A stretch of DNA of 53,965 nt, taken from positions 1 through 53,965 of the forward strand of contig VMGY01000002.1 of NCBI GenBank assembly GCA_007378955.1, written 5' to 3'. A program made the position numbers and the translations under genes. Positions 38,074 through 47,656 of the stretch are shown here, in pieces. Each line of letters starts with the position of its first letter. The first letter of the stretch is position 1. The notes beneath the pieces were generated by a model, which had not been told where the DNA came from, made no database searches, and saw only the letters and a list, made by a program, of their open reading frames with translations. This stretch comes from Parcubacteria group bacterium Athens0714_12 (GTDB taxonomy: Bacteria > Patescibacteriota > Patescibacteriia > UBA2591 > VMGY01).

Positions 38074-39996
38074 TTACTCCACCCTCGCCTGAAAACTGAC
38101 TTGGCCGGAAACGCCCGCGGAGAGAGAAGAAATTGTCCAAGTGAGTTCGCCTGCTCCGGAGTTATATGTTCCTCCGTTGGTAGCGCTGTTTGCGATATAG
38201 GTTGTTCCTTCGGGAATTTCGTCGGTGATGACAATATTCCTTGCTTCCACGGCAGAGGTGTTTTGATAGGTTAAAGTGTAAGTAAGGGTATCTCCTGTTG
38301 AAGCTTCCGCCCTATCTACTTGTTTGGTAAGAGTAATGGAAGGCGGGATGATTGGTTCGGGTTCAGGAGTTGAACCGTAATTGCAAATATCAGACGGACA
38401 AGGATTGCCAAGATATTCCCAGATATATGAAGTGAGAGTGATGGGACCGCCATAGAGACCGTTGCCGTCGGTAACGAAGCCCCGATTCCCGGAAACCCCA
38501 TGCAGATTGTATTGCCGCATCCAACTACGAATCGTATCCTCTTGTGGAAACGGCCAAAGATTATCATCTGTCAATGTATCCCAACCAGCATCACCATACA
38601 ATGTTCCCGATATGCCTAGTCTCTTGATGATTTGAGGACCAATTTGCCCTTCGTTCATACCTCCTGTCTTTAAATAAGACCCATCCTCTATACGAACTAA
38701 ATATAACAGCCCGTTAGTTATAGGATTCCTATTCGTAATATCATGCGCACCTGCATTAGTTCCTGAATAATTTGCCCGATTACCATATAAACAATTATAA
38801 TCAACCCCACTATCAGATTTAACTAAAGCAATATCACTTAGCTTATAAAAAATATTATTCCTTACAAATTGGGCTCGATCTTCTACATTCAAACCACATC
38901 CATAAGGATCTGTACCCGGCCCCAAATCACCGAATAAACAATTCTCTACTCGAATATCTGACAATGCAGGAGGGGTATACCATTGCGATCCCTGAGCCAT
39001 ATCATAAAAAACAGAATTCTTCAAATAGGTACCAGTACTAGCGGACTCCCAATAGAGTCTACCATCCACATTATTCAAAGCTATAGAGGAATCAACTACA
39101 ACTCCCGTAGAACCATTAGCTCCATAAAATGCTCGCATTGTCCCAGATCCGCAATTACCTGGATCAGCACCATCGATTGATATACAGTTCTGAAACCAGT
39201 TAGGACCAGCACCATAATTAGTAAAACAACCTGCTTGTTCATTAGAATCTTCTTCACTCTTATCATATCTAGCTACACATCGTCTTAGAATATTATTGCT
39301 GCAAATACTGTGGTTACCCCATTCTCCTCCAAGTGAAAATTGATACCGCGCACGTCCCCAAGCAAAACAATCTTCTAATAAGCAATATGTACTCCTTTGA
39401 ACATAAAAATTATAATACACATCATCCGCTGGCGGATTAGCACTAGACATAGGCTCGTATGCAGCACATCGTAATACTTTAATATGATTGCAATAATAAA
39501 GATGAAAATTGGTAGCACCAGGTCCACCTGAATTCCTAAACACTAAACCCTCAAACTGAATATATGAGCGATTATAAATATACACAGGATTTCTTGGTGA
39601 TATACCTTCCCCATCTATAATAACTCCAAAATCATGCTCAGCTTTAATCGTCGTGTAAGCGTCAGCTGAGCCATTTGGAATTCCATTCCATTCCCATCCG
39701 GTATTCGTGCACATCATATTCTGCATGCCAGTATATACTCCGCTCTTAATAATAAGTGTGTCCCCTTTGGACATTAAAGCAATTCCGGATTTGATATATT
39801 TCTTGGGATTTAATTCTGTTCCTGTTCCGCTATCATTAATCGCGGAACCATCAACATAATAAGTCGCATGAGTCTGGGCGTTGGCGGGTTGATATATTTT
39901 ATTTGAAAAAATAAAAATAATCATAGCAATTATTAAAATTGCTATAATTAAAACAAGCTTATTGTTCTTGCGGGAAAATGAAAAAATTGATTTCAT
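38074..39996 (-). CDS. Exported right-handed beta-helix (pectin-lyase-like fold) protein with C-terminal DUF11-like domain
   Basis: N-terminal TM; YYVDGS..GTGTELNP, GDTLIIKSGVY; Asn/Cys ladder; ITLTKQVD..GDTLTYTL..VITDEIPEG. Confidence 0.7.
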   Translation of the reverse strand: MKSIFSFSRKNNKLVLIIAILIIAMIIFIFSNKIYQPANAQTHATYYVDGSAINDSGTGTELNPKKYIKSGIALMSKGDTLIIKSGVYTGMQNMMCTNTGWEWNGIPNGSADAYTTIKAEHDFGVIIDGEGISPRNPVYIYNRSYIQFEGLVFRNSGGPGATNFHLYYCNHIKVLRCAAYEPMSSANPPADDVYYNFYVQRSTYCLLEDCFAWGRARYQFSLGGEWGNHSICSNNILRRCVARYDKSEEDSNEQAGCFTNYGAGPNWFQNCISIDGADPGNCGSGTMRAFYGANGSTGVVVDSSIALNNVDGRLYWESASTGTYLKNSVFYDMAQGSQWYTPPALSDIRVENCLFGDLGPGTDPYGCGLNVEDRAQFVRNNIFYKLSDIALVKSDSGVDYNCLYGNRANYSGTNAGAHDITNRNPITNGLLYLVRIEDGSYLKTGGMNEGQIGPQIIKRLGISGTLYGDAGWDTLTDDNLWPFPQEDTIRSWMRQYNLHGVSGNRGFVTDGNGLYGGPITLTSYIWEYLGNPCPSDICNYGSTPEPEPIIPPSITLTKQVDRAEASTGDTLTYTLTYQNTSAVEARNIVITDEIPEGTTYIANSATNGGTYNSGAGELTWTISSLSAGVSGQVSFQARVE

Positions 39997-40183
39997 TTGA
40001 TTGATTATATTTTTTTATCTTTTATTTATTCTCGAAGTTTCCATTATTAAAAGACAACTATCTTTAGGGAAATTGATTTTTTTATGAGTATTTTTATTGA
40101 GAGTGTTTTAGACATTATTGCTTAGGATTATTATAGTATAACTTGATAAAAAAAGATACGCTGCTGCGGATAAAATAATATTA

Positions 40184-41191
40184 TTATTTTAAATATTTTG
40201 CTTTATTTCTATTATGCTCTTCAATGGTCTTGCTAAAAATAATTTCGCCGTCGTCTTTTGATAAAAAATACCAATAATTCGTCTTTTCGGGATAAATCGC
40301 CGCTTTGATAGAGCTTAAAGAGGGATTGCAAATCGGACCGGGAGGAAGGCCGGGATTAATGTATGTGTTATAAGGAGATTTTATCTTTGTGTCCTCAAAG
40401 GATAATTTTTTATTATTTCCTAAAATATAATTTATCGTCGCGCAAGATTCCAGCGCCTTGCCTATTTTCAACCTTTTATAAAATACATCCGCCACAATTT
40501 TTCTGTCCTCATTCTTGCGAGCCTCTTTTTCCACCAAACTCGCCATAATTAAAATTTCAAAAATAGTTTTACTCTGGCTCTTTATTTCTTCCCTCAAATC
40601 CTTATTTAATTTTTTATTAAAATTATCAAGCATCTTTTCAATAATCTCTTTGGCGTTGCTATCAATATAAACCTGATAGGTATCAGGAAAAAGATATCCT
40701 TCTAAACCGGTTAAAGCCGGCTTATCTTTTAAAAAATCGTATATTTCCAGCCACTTTTGACTGCCACCATTAACAATTTTTAAAAAATCGTCCTTTTTTG
40801 CCAATTTCCTCTCTTCCAAATATTCAGCTATTTTTTTGCTGTCCCAATCTTCAATAATAGTAATTTTTATTTCTCGTAGCGCGTTTTTGGATGTTAGGAT
40901 ATTCGCGATATCCTCCATTTTCATTCCCGCGTATAATTTATATTCCCCGATTTGAAATTTATTTTCCAGTTTTTTTAAAAAAATATAAAATCTGAAAGCA
41001 AACCCGTTGTCTATCAATCTTTCGTTTCTTAAATTATAAACAATCGCGTTTGCCGACTCGCCTTCGTCAATCTTAAAAATAACTTCTCTTGAGCCTTCAA
41101 AATTAACCGCTAAAGTATTGGAATAATAATTTATTCCCAGTAGCGGGATAATAACTAATAAAATAATAATTGAAATAAATTTCCTATTCAT
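40184..41191 (-). CDS. mltG: Endolytic transglycosylase MltG
   Basis: EGYLFPDTY, ASLVEKEA, SPYNTY, GLPPGPICNP. Confidence 0.95.
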   Translation of the reverse strand: MNRKFISIIILLVIIPLLGINYYSNTLAVNFEGSREVIFKIDEGESANAIVYNLRNERLIDNGFAFRFYIFLKKLENKFQIGEYKLYAGMKMEDIANILTSKNALREIKITIIEDWDSKKIAEYLEERKLAKKDDFLKIVNGGSQKWLEIYDFLKDKPALTGLEGYLFPDTYQVYIDSNAKEIIEKMLDNFNKKLNKDLREEIKSQSKTIFEILIMASLVEKEARKNEDRKIVADVFYKRLKIGKALESCATINYILGNNKKLSFEDTKIKSPYNTYINPGLPPGPICNPSLSSIKAAIYPEKTNYWYFLSKDDGEIIFSKTIEEHNRNKAKYLK

Positions 41192-41820
41192 TTATTTTCT
41201 TTGATTAAGGGCACAAAAACAAAACCAGGATAATGTTTTTCTTTATATTGATTCTCGCCGATTTTTTCCAATAAAATCAATTCTTGCGAAGAATCGCCAA
41301 CCGGCATAATCAGCCTTCCACCTATTTTTAATTGGTCTTTTAAGGCGGTTGGGATTTGAGCCGCGGCGGCTGCCACATGAATCTTATCAAAAGGCGCTTC
41401 GTCGGGCAAGCCCTTGCTTCCATCCAAACAAAAAAATTTTATTCTGCCATTTTTGATAAAATTATATTTAGACGCGTTTTTCTCGCCCATTTCCTTAAGT
41501 TCCGGGATTCTTTCCACCGCGCAAACTCTTCCTTTTTTACCCGTTATGTAAGCCAATAAAACCGCTGTCCAGCCCGAACCAGAACCAATGTCTAAAATTT
41601 TCTCTCCTTCCTTCGGCTGAAGCAATTCCAACATAAAGGCGACTGTCAAAGGCTGTGAAATAGTCTGGTTGTGGCCAATAGGGAGGGGAATATTCAAGTG
41701 AGCGTCTTTTTTAAAATCCTCGGGCGTGAAATCCTCTCTTTTTATTTTTAAAAAAGCCTCTATGATTTTAGGCGTTTTGAGATAATTTTGACTGATTAAT
41801 TCTTTGATTAAATTTTGCAT
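41188..41820 (-). CDS. pcm: Protein-L-isoaspartate O-methyltransferase
   Basis: QTISQP, LDIGSGSGW, APFDKIHVAAA, QLKIGGRL, FVPL. Confidence 0.95.
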   Translation of the reverse strand: MQNLIKELISQNYLKTPKIIEAFLKIKREDFTPEDFKKDAHLNIPLPIGHNQTISQPLTVAFMLELLQPKEGEKILDIGSGSGWTAVLLAYITGKKGRVCAVERIPELKEMGEKNASKYNFIKNGRIKFFCLDGSKGLPDEAPFDKIHVAAAAAQIPTALKDQLKIGGRLIMPVGDSSQELILLEKIGENQYKEKHYPGFVFVPLIKENK

Positions 41821-41842
41821 AAATACATTAGATATCTCTTAT

Positions 41843-42164
41843 GCCGTTGCGAGGAGCCACGGGATTGCTTCGTCGGCTGCTGCCTCCTCGCAATGACACT
41901 CTTTTGTTTGCCGTCGCGTCCCCACTCTGTCATTGCGAGGAGCGACACCAAGGAGCGACGAAGCAATCCCGTTTCAATTTGTCCATTGCGTTTCACTTTG
42001 CCGTCGCATCCCCCCTGTCATTGCGAGGAGCGACCTCAAGAAGCGACGCGGCAATCCCGTTGTCCGTCGCAACCACCACGGGATTGCTTCGTCGGCTACT
42101 GCCTCCTCGCAATGACAAACAAGAGTGTGTCATTGCGAGCGACTGGAAGGAGCGCGGCAATCCC
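41843..42164. repeat. Family D cluster (about 6 units, mixed orientation)
   Basis: Repeated gtcattgcgaggagc..gcaatccc and gggattgcttcg..ctcgcaatgac. Confidence 0.92.
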
Positions 42165-42196
42165 GTTCATTAACCGCAAAAGCATAGTTATTAAAT

Positions 42197-43000
42197 TTAT
42201 TTAAATATATAAATAATTATTATTCCCGCCAAAATAAAACGATAAATGGCGAAAGGAATCAGAGAGTGATTTTTTAAATATTTCAAAAAATATTTAACGC
42301 AAAAATAAGAAGAAATAAAAGCGGATAAAAATCCTAAAATAAAAATCATCCTTTGGCTAAAAGACAGCGAGGCGAAAGAAAAATCAAAAACTTTTTTTAT
42401 CCCGGCGCCGAAAATTATTGGGACTGCCAAAAGAAAAGAAAATCGCGCCGCCGCTTCCCTGTTTAAATTTCTTCCCAATCCTGCTATAATGGTAATGCCG
42501 GACCTGGAAACCCCGGGGATTAAAGCGCATACCTGGCTGAAACCGATAATCATCGCGCTTTTAAAATTCAAATTTTCCAAAGAATCTTTTTGTGAAGATA
42601 TTTTTTCAAAAATAATAAAAAGGATGCCGCCGATTATTAAAGCCATAGCCACGCTGATTAAAGAAGAGAAAAATTTTTCTATCACACTTTCAAAGAAAAA
42701 ACCGGAAATGGCGGCGGGCAAAGAAGCGATTAAAATAAAATAAGCGATTTTTTGCTCGGAATCATGAGAATCTATTTTTTTCAGAAAAGCTTTTATGTAT
42801 TTCGCGAGATCGCTTCTGAAAAAAATAATCAAAGCCAATAAGCTGCCTAAATGAAGCGCCACGTCAAAAGTTAAATTGTCCGCCAAGTCAAAAATTAAAA
42901 ATTGGTGAAATAAAATCAAATGACCTGAACTGGAAACAGGCAAAAACTCGGTTAAGCCTTGGATAATTCCTAAAATTATTGAATAAAAATATAAAATCAT
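42197..43000 (-). CDS. uppP: Undecaprenyl-diphosphate phosphatase
   Basis: GIIQGLTEFLPVSSSGHL, PGVSRSGITI, AARFSFLL; ATG 43000 preferred. Confidence 0.95.
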   Translation of the reverse strand: MILYFYSIILGIIQGLTEFLPVSSSGHLILFHQFLIFDLADNLTFDVALHLGSLLALIIFFRSDLAKYIKAFLKKIDSHDSEQKIAYFILIASLPAAISGFFFESVIEKFFSSLISVAMALIIGGILFIIFEKISSQKDSLENLNFKSAMIIGFSQVCALIPGVSRSGITIIAGLGRNLNREAAARFSFLLAVPIIFGAGIKKVFDFSFASLSFSQRMIFILGFLSAFISSYFCVKYFLKYLKNHSLIPFAIYRFILAGIIIIYIFK

Positions 43001-43417
43001 ATGTCTTATCAAATGTTTTTAGTCCCTATTTTAGCGGGCCTAATCGCCCAAATTATTAAATTATCAACTGACGGAATAAAAGGCAACTTCAAATGGAAAA
43101 ATTTTATTTCTGATTACGGCAAAATGCCCTCTTCCCATACCGCTTTTGTGGTCGCGTTAGCCGCGGAAATGGCTTTATTTCAAGGATTTAAAAGTTCGGA
43201 ATTCGCGATTTCTTTAATTTTAGCTCTTGTTGTTATCCGCGATGCCACCGGCTTAAGGCGCAATATGGCAAGACAAAATAAACTTTTAAATAAAATTTGC
43301 TCAAAAATTGGATTAAAAGAAGAACAGTTGGAAGAAACGCTGGGACATACGCCCTTGGAAATATTTTTTGGCTGTCTTTTGGGGATAAGTTTGGTTTTGG
43401 TATTTTATTTTATTTAG
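43001..43417 (+). CDS. Divergent PAP2 (DUF212/YuiD-like) membrane protein
   Basis: AQIIK, GKMPSSHTAFV, VIRDATGLRR, LGHTPLE. Confidence 0.88.
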   Translation: MSYQMFLVPILAGLIAQIIKLSTDGIKGNFKWKNFISDYGKMPSSHTAFVVALAAEMALFQGFKSSEFAISLILALVVIRDATGLRRNMARQNKLLNKICSKIGLKEEQLEETLGHTPLEIFFGCLLGISLVLVFYFI

Positions 43418-43512
43418 AGGCTAAAGCCTCCAATCCTTTTTAAGCAACCAAAGGCTAAAGCCTCTAATCCCTTTCCGCTGTTCTCTTTTAGGGACTAGAG
43501 ACTTTAGTCTCT
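43416..43512. repeat. Family E REP-like palindromes (three units)
   Basis: agaggctaaagcctccaatcc, aggctaaagcctctaatccc, gggactagagactttagtctct. Confidence 0.8.
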
Positions 43513-43516
43513 CTTT

Positions 43517-45235
43517 TTATTTTATATTCGTAATATCTATATCAATAATCTTCATCTGCAATTCTTTATTGCCATTCCATTCATTGACTCCCAGCTCAAA
43601 AACTATATCTACCATATCCCCTATTTTCAATTTTGAACCAATGGTTTTGCCCAAGCCAAAACCAATAAATTTTTTGGAATTAAAACTACTCTGAATAACG
43701 GAAAGTTTTAAATGCTGTTCATTCTTCCCTAATTTTTCCAATCCCGTTATCTGCAAATTAACGCTCAAAAATTTTGGCTTTTTATTGGATTCGCCAAAAG
43801 GTTCAAATTTTTCCAACTCTTCCTGAAGGTCCCAATTTATATCCCCTAAATCTAATTTTGCGTTTATTTTAAGCCAAGAAAACAGCTCTAAATTTTTTAA
43901 TTCTCTTTCGGCGATTTTATTTATCTCTTCTTTAAATTCCGACAATTTATTTTCTTCCAAACTGAAACCGCTGGCCTCGGGATGTCCGCCATAGCGGAGT
44001 AAATGCCGGCCGCACTCTTGAAGAGCTTTAACGATATTAAATTCGGGGACGCTTCTGGAAGAGCCTTGCAGGCCCTTTTTGTCAATTTTTGTGATTACAA
44101 TCACCGGCTTATATAATTCATCTTGCAGCCTGCCCGCGACTAAACCGATTATCCCCACCGGCCAAAACCATTTTTTTGGGCTTTCCACGATAATTATCTT
44201 TTTATCTTTTTCGCCTTTGATTTGCTCTTTCGCTTCCTGCATTATTTTTCCTATCATTAATTGCCTTTGCTGGTTTATTTGATTAAGTTTTTTAGCTATT
44301 TCCCGCGCTTCTTTTTCTGATTCTGTCGTTAATAATTCAAAAGCAGTGTTGGCATGGTCCATTCTGCTGGCGGCATTTAATCTCGGGCCTAATTGAAAAG
44401 AAATATGCTCGCTGTCAAGCAAATTATTCAAGTTAGATATTTTTATTAATTCTTGCAAACCCAATCGGCGCGTTTTATTCAAAACAACTAATCCATATTT
44501 TACCAAAGTCCTGTTCTCTCCCAATAATGGTTCGCAATCAGCCACGGTGCCGAGAGCGACTAAATCAAGCAGCCATTTCTCAAATCCTTTTTCTATATCA
44601 ATCTTGCTCTCTTTTAATAAAGCCTGAGCTAATTTAAAAGCTACTCCCACGCCGGCCAATTCCCGAAAAGGATATTTTTCTTTTTCTAACTTTGGATTAA
44701 TAATCGCGTATGCTTTAGGCAATTTTAAAGGCTGCGAATGGTGGTCCGTAATAATTAAATCTATGCCTAATTTTTTAACTAATTCCGCTTCTTCCGCGTT
44801 GGAAATTCCGCAATCCACGGTAATAATTAATTTAATTTTTTTATTTTTTAACTTTTTTAAACCTTCTATATTAAGCCCGCAGCCTTCTAATTCCCTGTCT
44901 GGCAGATAAACCTCCACTTGAGCGCCTAACTTTTTTAAAGTTGAATAAAGCACAGCCGAGCTCGTTACGCCGTCCGCGTCATAATCTCCCCAAATTAAAA
45001 TTTTCTCTTCTTTTTTAATGGCTTTAAAAATTCTTTTTACCGCTTTTTCCATATCCAAAAACAAAAAAGGATTATGTAAATCCTGGCCGTAATCAGGATT
45101 CCAAAACTCATCTATTTTTTCTTGCGTATTAATTCCCATCTCATCTAAAAGCTGTAAAACGATGGGATTTATTTCCGGGAATTGATTTTGCAAATCAGGA
45201 GTGATTTTAGGATTAAGCCGCCAATTTTTTTTCAT
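43517..45235 (-). CDS. recJ: Single-stranded DNA exonuclease RecJ
   Basis: GDYDADG, ITVDCG, ITDHH, LGTVAD, PRLNAASR, YGGH, EPFG. Confidence 0.96.
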   Translation of the reverse strand: MKKNWRLNPKITPDLQNQFPEINPIVLQLLDEMGINTQEKIDEFWNPDYGQDLHNPFLFLDMEKAVKRIFKAIKKEEKILIWGDYDADGVTSSAVLYSTLKKLGAQVEVYLPDRELEGCGLNIEGLKKLKNKKIKLIITVDCGISNAEEAELVKKLGIDLIITDHHSQPLKLPKAYAIINPKLEKEKYPFRELAGVGVAFKLAQALLKESKIDIEKGFEKWLLDLVALGTVADCEPLLGENRTLVKYGLVVLNKTRRLGLQELIKISNLNNLLDSEHISFQLGPRLNAASRMDHANTAFELLTTESEKEAREIAKKLNQINQQRQLMIGKIMQEAKEQIKGEKDKKIIIVESPKKWFWPVGIIGLVAGRLQDELYKPVIVITKIDKKGLQGSSRSVPEFNIVKALQECGRHLLRYGGHPEASGFSLEENKLSEFKEEINKIAERELKNLELFSWLKINAKLDLGDINWDLQEELEKFEPFGESNKKPKFLSVNLQITGLEKLGKNEQHLKLSVIQSSFNSKKFIGFGLGKTIGSKLKIGDMVDIVFELGVNEWNGNKELQMKIIDIDITNIK

Positions 45236-45300
45236 AATTTTTAAATTTTAGTGGTCGCGAATATTTGTCATTCTTTTACGCTGTCTTCATAGAGAGAAAC

Positions 45301-45575
45301 GGGATTGCCGCGCTCCTTCCAGTCGCTCGCAATGACACTCTCTTGTTTGCCATCGCGTCCCCCCTGTCATTGCGAGGGAGCCCGCCCTCGGGCGACCGCG
45401 GCAATCTCGTTGTCTATCGCAACCACCACGGGATTGCTTCGTCGTCGGACTTGTGTCCTCCTTCTCGCAATGACAAACAAGAGAATGTCATTGCGAGGAG
45501 CCCAGCAGGGCGACGCGGCAATCTCGTTGTCTATCGCAACCACCACGGGATTGCTTCGCTATCGCTCGCAATGAC
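45301..45575. repeat. Family D cluster (5 units)
   Basis: Alternating inverted units with duplicated spacer gttgtctatcgcaaccaccac. Confidence 0.92.
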
Positions 45576-45603
45576 CGCGCAAAAAAATGACAAAAAGAAA
45601 AAC

Positions 45604-46662
45604 TCAAAATGACATCGCTTTCACTTCCCGCGCAATCATTAATTCTTCATTGGCGGGAATAGTAAAAATACTGACATTTTTTAAAATATCCATTTTCTGG
45701 CAAATTTTATTTCTGGTGAGCGGCTTGCCTGTCCCGACTGTTCCGGTGAATACCAGGGCGTCTATGCCATTTAAAATTGCGCAATAAGCGCCAATATATT
45801 TTTTCGCGCGATAAATAAAAATTTCAAAAGCTAATTTTGCTTTTTCGTCGCTTTTCATCGCTTTTAATAAGTCTAAAAAATTTTCACAGCCGGACAATCC
45901 TTTGATTCCACTTTGATGATTTAAAAGTTCGTCTATTTTATTTAAATCAAATCCTTTATTTTTCATTAAATATAAAATAATGCCCGGGTCTAAATCTCCT
46001 GGCCTGGTACTCATCACTAATCCTTCCAAAGGCGTAAAGCCCATGCTGGTATCTATCACCTTCCCCTTATCAATCGCGGCAATGCTTGAACCGCCGCCCA
46101 AATGGCAAGTAATTAATTTTAATTTATTTAACGGCTTCTTTAATTTTTGGGCCGCTTCCTGGGCCGCGTATTGATGCGAAATGCCGTGGAAGCCGAATCT
46201 TTCTATGCCTTGTTCATAAAATTTATAAGGCAAAGCGTAAATTTTTGCTTTATCAGGCAAATCTTTAAAAAAAGCAGTGTCAAAAACCGCGAAATTAGAA
46301 ACTTTCGGCAAATATTCCAAGCATGCTTTAATGCCCTCTAAATTATATGGATTGTGCAAAGGCGCCAATTGATTATATTTTTCCAATTCAAGCAAAGTTT
46401 CTTTAGTCACTTTTCTTGTTTCCTTAAATTCTTTTCCGCCATGCACTACCCGATGGCCGACAGCCATAATTTTTGACAAATCGCCGATTTCTCTCAATAC
46501 TTGCTTTAATGCTTGTTGATGGCTTTTTAAATGCTGAAAATTATTTTCTTTAATTAATTTTAAATTTTCCGCTTCAAAAAGCTTATATTTCAAAGAAGTA
46601 CTGCCGCAATTAATGACCAAAATTTGCCGCGACCCGTTAGAAATTTTATAATCTTGTAACAT
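45604..46662 (-). CDS. ackA: Acetate kinase
   Basis: ILVINCGSTSLK, GHRVVHGG, APLHNP, VFDTAF, GFHGISH, CHLGGGSS, TSMGFTPLEG, NEE. Confidence 0.93.
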   Translation of the reverse strand: MLQDYKISNGSRQILVINCGSTSLKYKLFEAENLKLIKENNFQHLKSHQQALKQVLREIGDLSKIMAVGHRVVHGGKEFKETRKVTKETLLELEKYNQLAPLHNPYNLEGIKACLEYLPKVSNFAVFDTAFFKDLPDKAKIYALPYKFYEQGIERFGFHGISHQYAAQEAAQKLKKPLNKLKLITCHLGGGSSIAAIDKGKVIDTSMGFTPLEGLVMSTRPGDLDPGIILYLMKNKGFDLNKIDELLNHQSGIKGLSGCENFLDLLKAMKSDEKAKLAFEIFIYRAKKYIGAYCAILNGIDALVFTGTVGTGKPLTRNKICQKMDILKNVSIFTIPANEELMIAREVKAMSF

Positions 46663-46711
46663 AATGATTGATTTTATTATCCCATTAAAAATAGCAAAAT
46701 TTCTAATGGGG
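46632..46711. mobile_element. MITE-like family C element (80 bp) overlapping the ackA 5' end
   Basis: TIR acccgttagaaatttt / aaaatttctaatgggg. Confidence 0.8.
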
Positions 46712-46746
46712 CTTGGGCATATTTTAATTTTTTAAATCATAGAGCA

Positions 46747-46771
46747 ATTATCGAGGTTCGACCTCGATAAT
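46747..46771. repeat. Family F palindrome
   Basis: attatcgagg-ttcga-cctcgataat. Confidence 0.8.
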
Positions 46772-46807
46772 AAAACCCCGATAATAACCTCATTTTTTTA
46801 TCAATTA

Positions 46808-47359
46808 TCAATTTTCAAAACCGCCTGTCACCCAGTCAAATTCGCCTTGCCAATTGCGTCCGGGACAACTCCAACCAGGACTGCTCGAGTACGGATTGCC
46901 ACTAGTTTCCATATCATTAATACTTATTACATAAAAAGCTCCTCTACTTGAATCACAGCCATTACTCCCCGCGTTATAGCGAAAATAGCGATAATTATAA
47001 CCACCGCAAGTTCCTGCCGTGCCGATGGGATCTCTTGGTACTTTGCCCATTAATTCAACGTCTATTAGTGGCTCAATAAATGACCTGCCGTCGCTGTCAT
47101 TATCCACGGTGGAGCTATCCCAACCGCCGCAAGCGCCTTCCGCTTCCCCATAACTTGAAGTTGGGCCCGGGTATTTTTTATTATTATCATAATACAATTC
47201 TAAAGTAGTGATAATCTGCTTTATATCAGCTAATCTTTTCGCATCCCTGGCTTTTTTGCGGGCATTGTTCAAGGCAGTCAACGCTAAAGTGGAAATCAAG
47301 GCAATGACAGCGATGACAATTAAAAGTTCAATTAAAGTAAAAGCTGATTTGTTTTTCAT
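46808..47359 (-). CDS. Type IV pilin / GspG-like prepilin
   Basis: KSA-FTLIELLIVIAVIALI class III signal, ARDAKRLADIKQI..LELYY, PRDP, four Cys. Confidence 0.88.
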   Translation of the reverse strand: MKNKSAFTLIELLIVIAVIALISTLALTALNNARKKARDAKRLADIKQIITTLELYYDNNKKYPGPTSSYGEAEGACGGWDSSTVDNDSDGRSFIEPLIDVELMGKVPRDPIGTAGTCGGYNYRYFRYNAGSNGCDSSRGAFYVISINDMETSGNPYSSSPGWSCPGRNWQGEFDWVTGGFEN

Positions 47360-47377
47360 AGAATTCTTTTTAAATAC

Positions 47378-47635
47378 GGGATTCTTCGGCTGTTGCCTCA
47401 GAATGACATTGTTTTTGTCATCCTAAATGTCTTCTACGCTGTCATCCTGAACGATAGTGAAGGATCCCGTGTCTATCGCCTTCCCCTCGGGATTGCTTCG
47501 GCTATCGCCTCGCAATGACCGCGTAAAAGAGTGTCATTGCGAGGAGTGAATGAAGCGGAGCGGAATGAACGACGCGGCAATCCCGTCGCTCACCCTGTCA
47601 TTGCGAGGAGCCCAGCAGGGCGACGCGGCAATCCC
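47378..47635. repeat. Family D cluster including GTCATCCTGA and CTCAGAATGAC variants
   Basis: gggattcttcg..ctcagaatgac, gtcatcctgaacgatagtgaaggatccc, plus standard units. Confidence 0.9.
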
Positions 47636-47656
47636 GTTTTCTACCGCTTTCCCCCA

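Noticed and set aside
37828-38274. 148-aa plus-strand ORF
   Set aside because: Spans element A and the antisense of the beta-helix gene; no transposase motifs
41808-42204. Overlapping short ORFs (CHCEE/VIARS/SLRG peptides), also at 36461, 45265, 45305, 47531, 51229
   Set aside because: Translations of family D palindromes in several frames, not genes
45301-45575. Family D clusters as CRISPR or attC arrays
   Set aside because: Units alternate in orientation, spacers repeat, no cassettes or integrase
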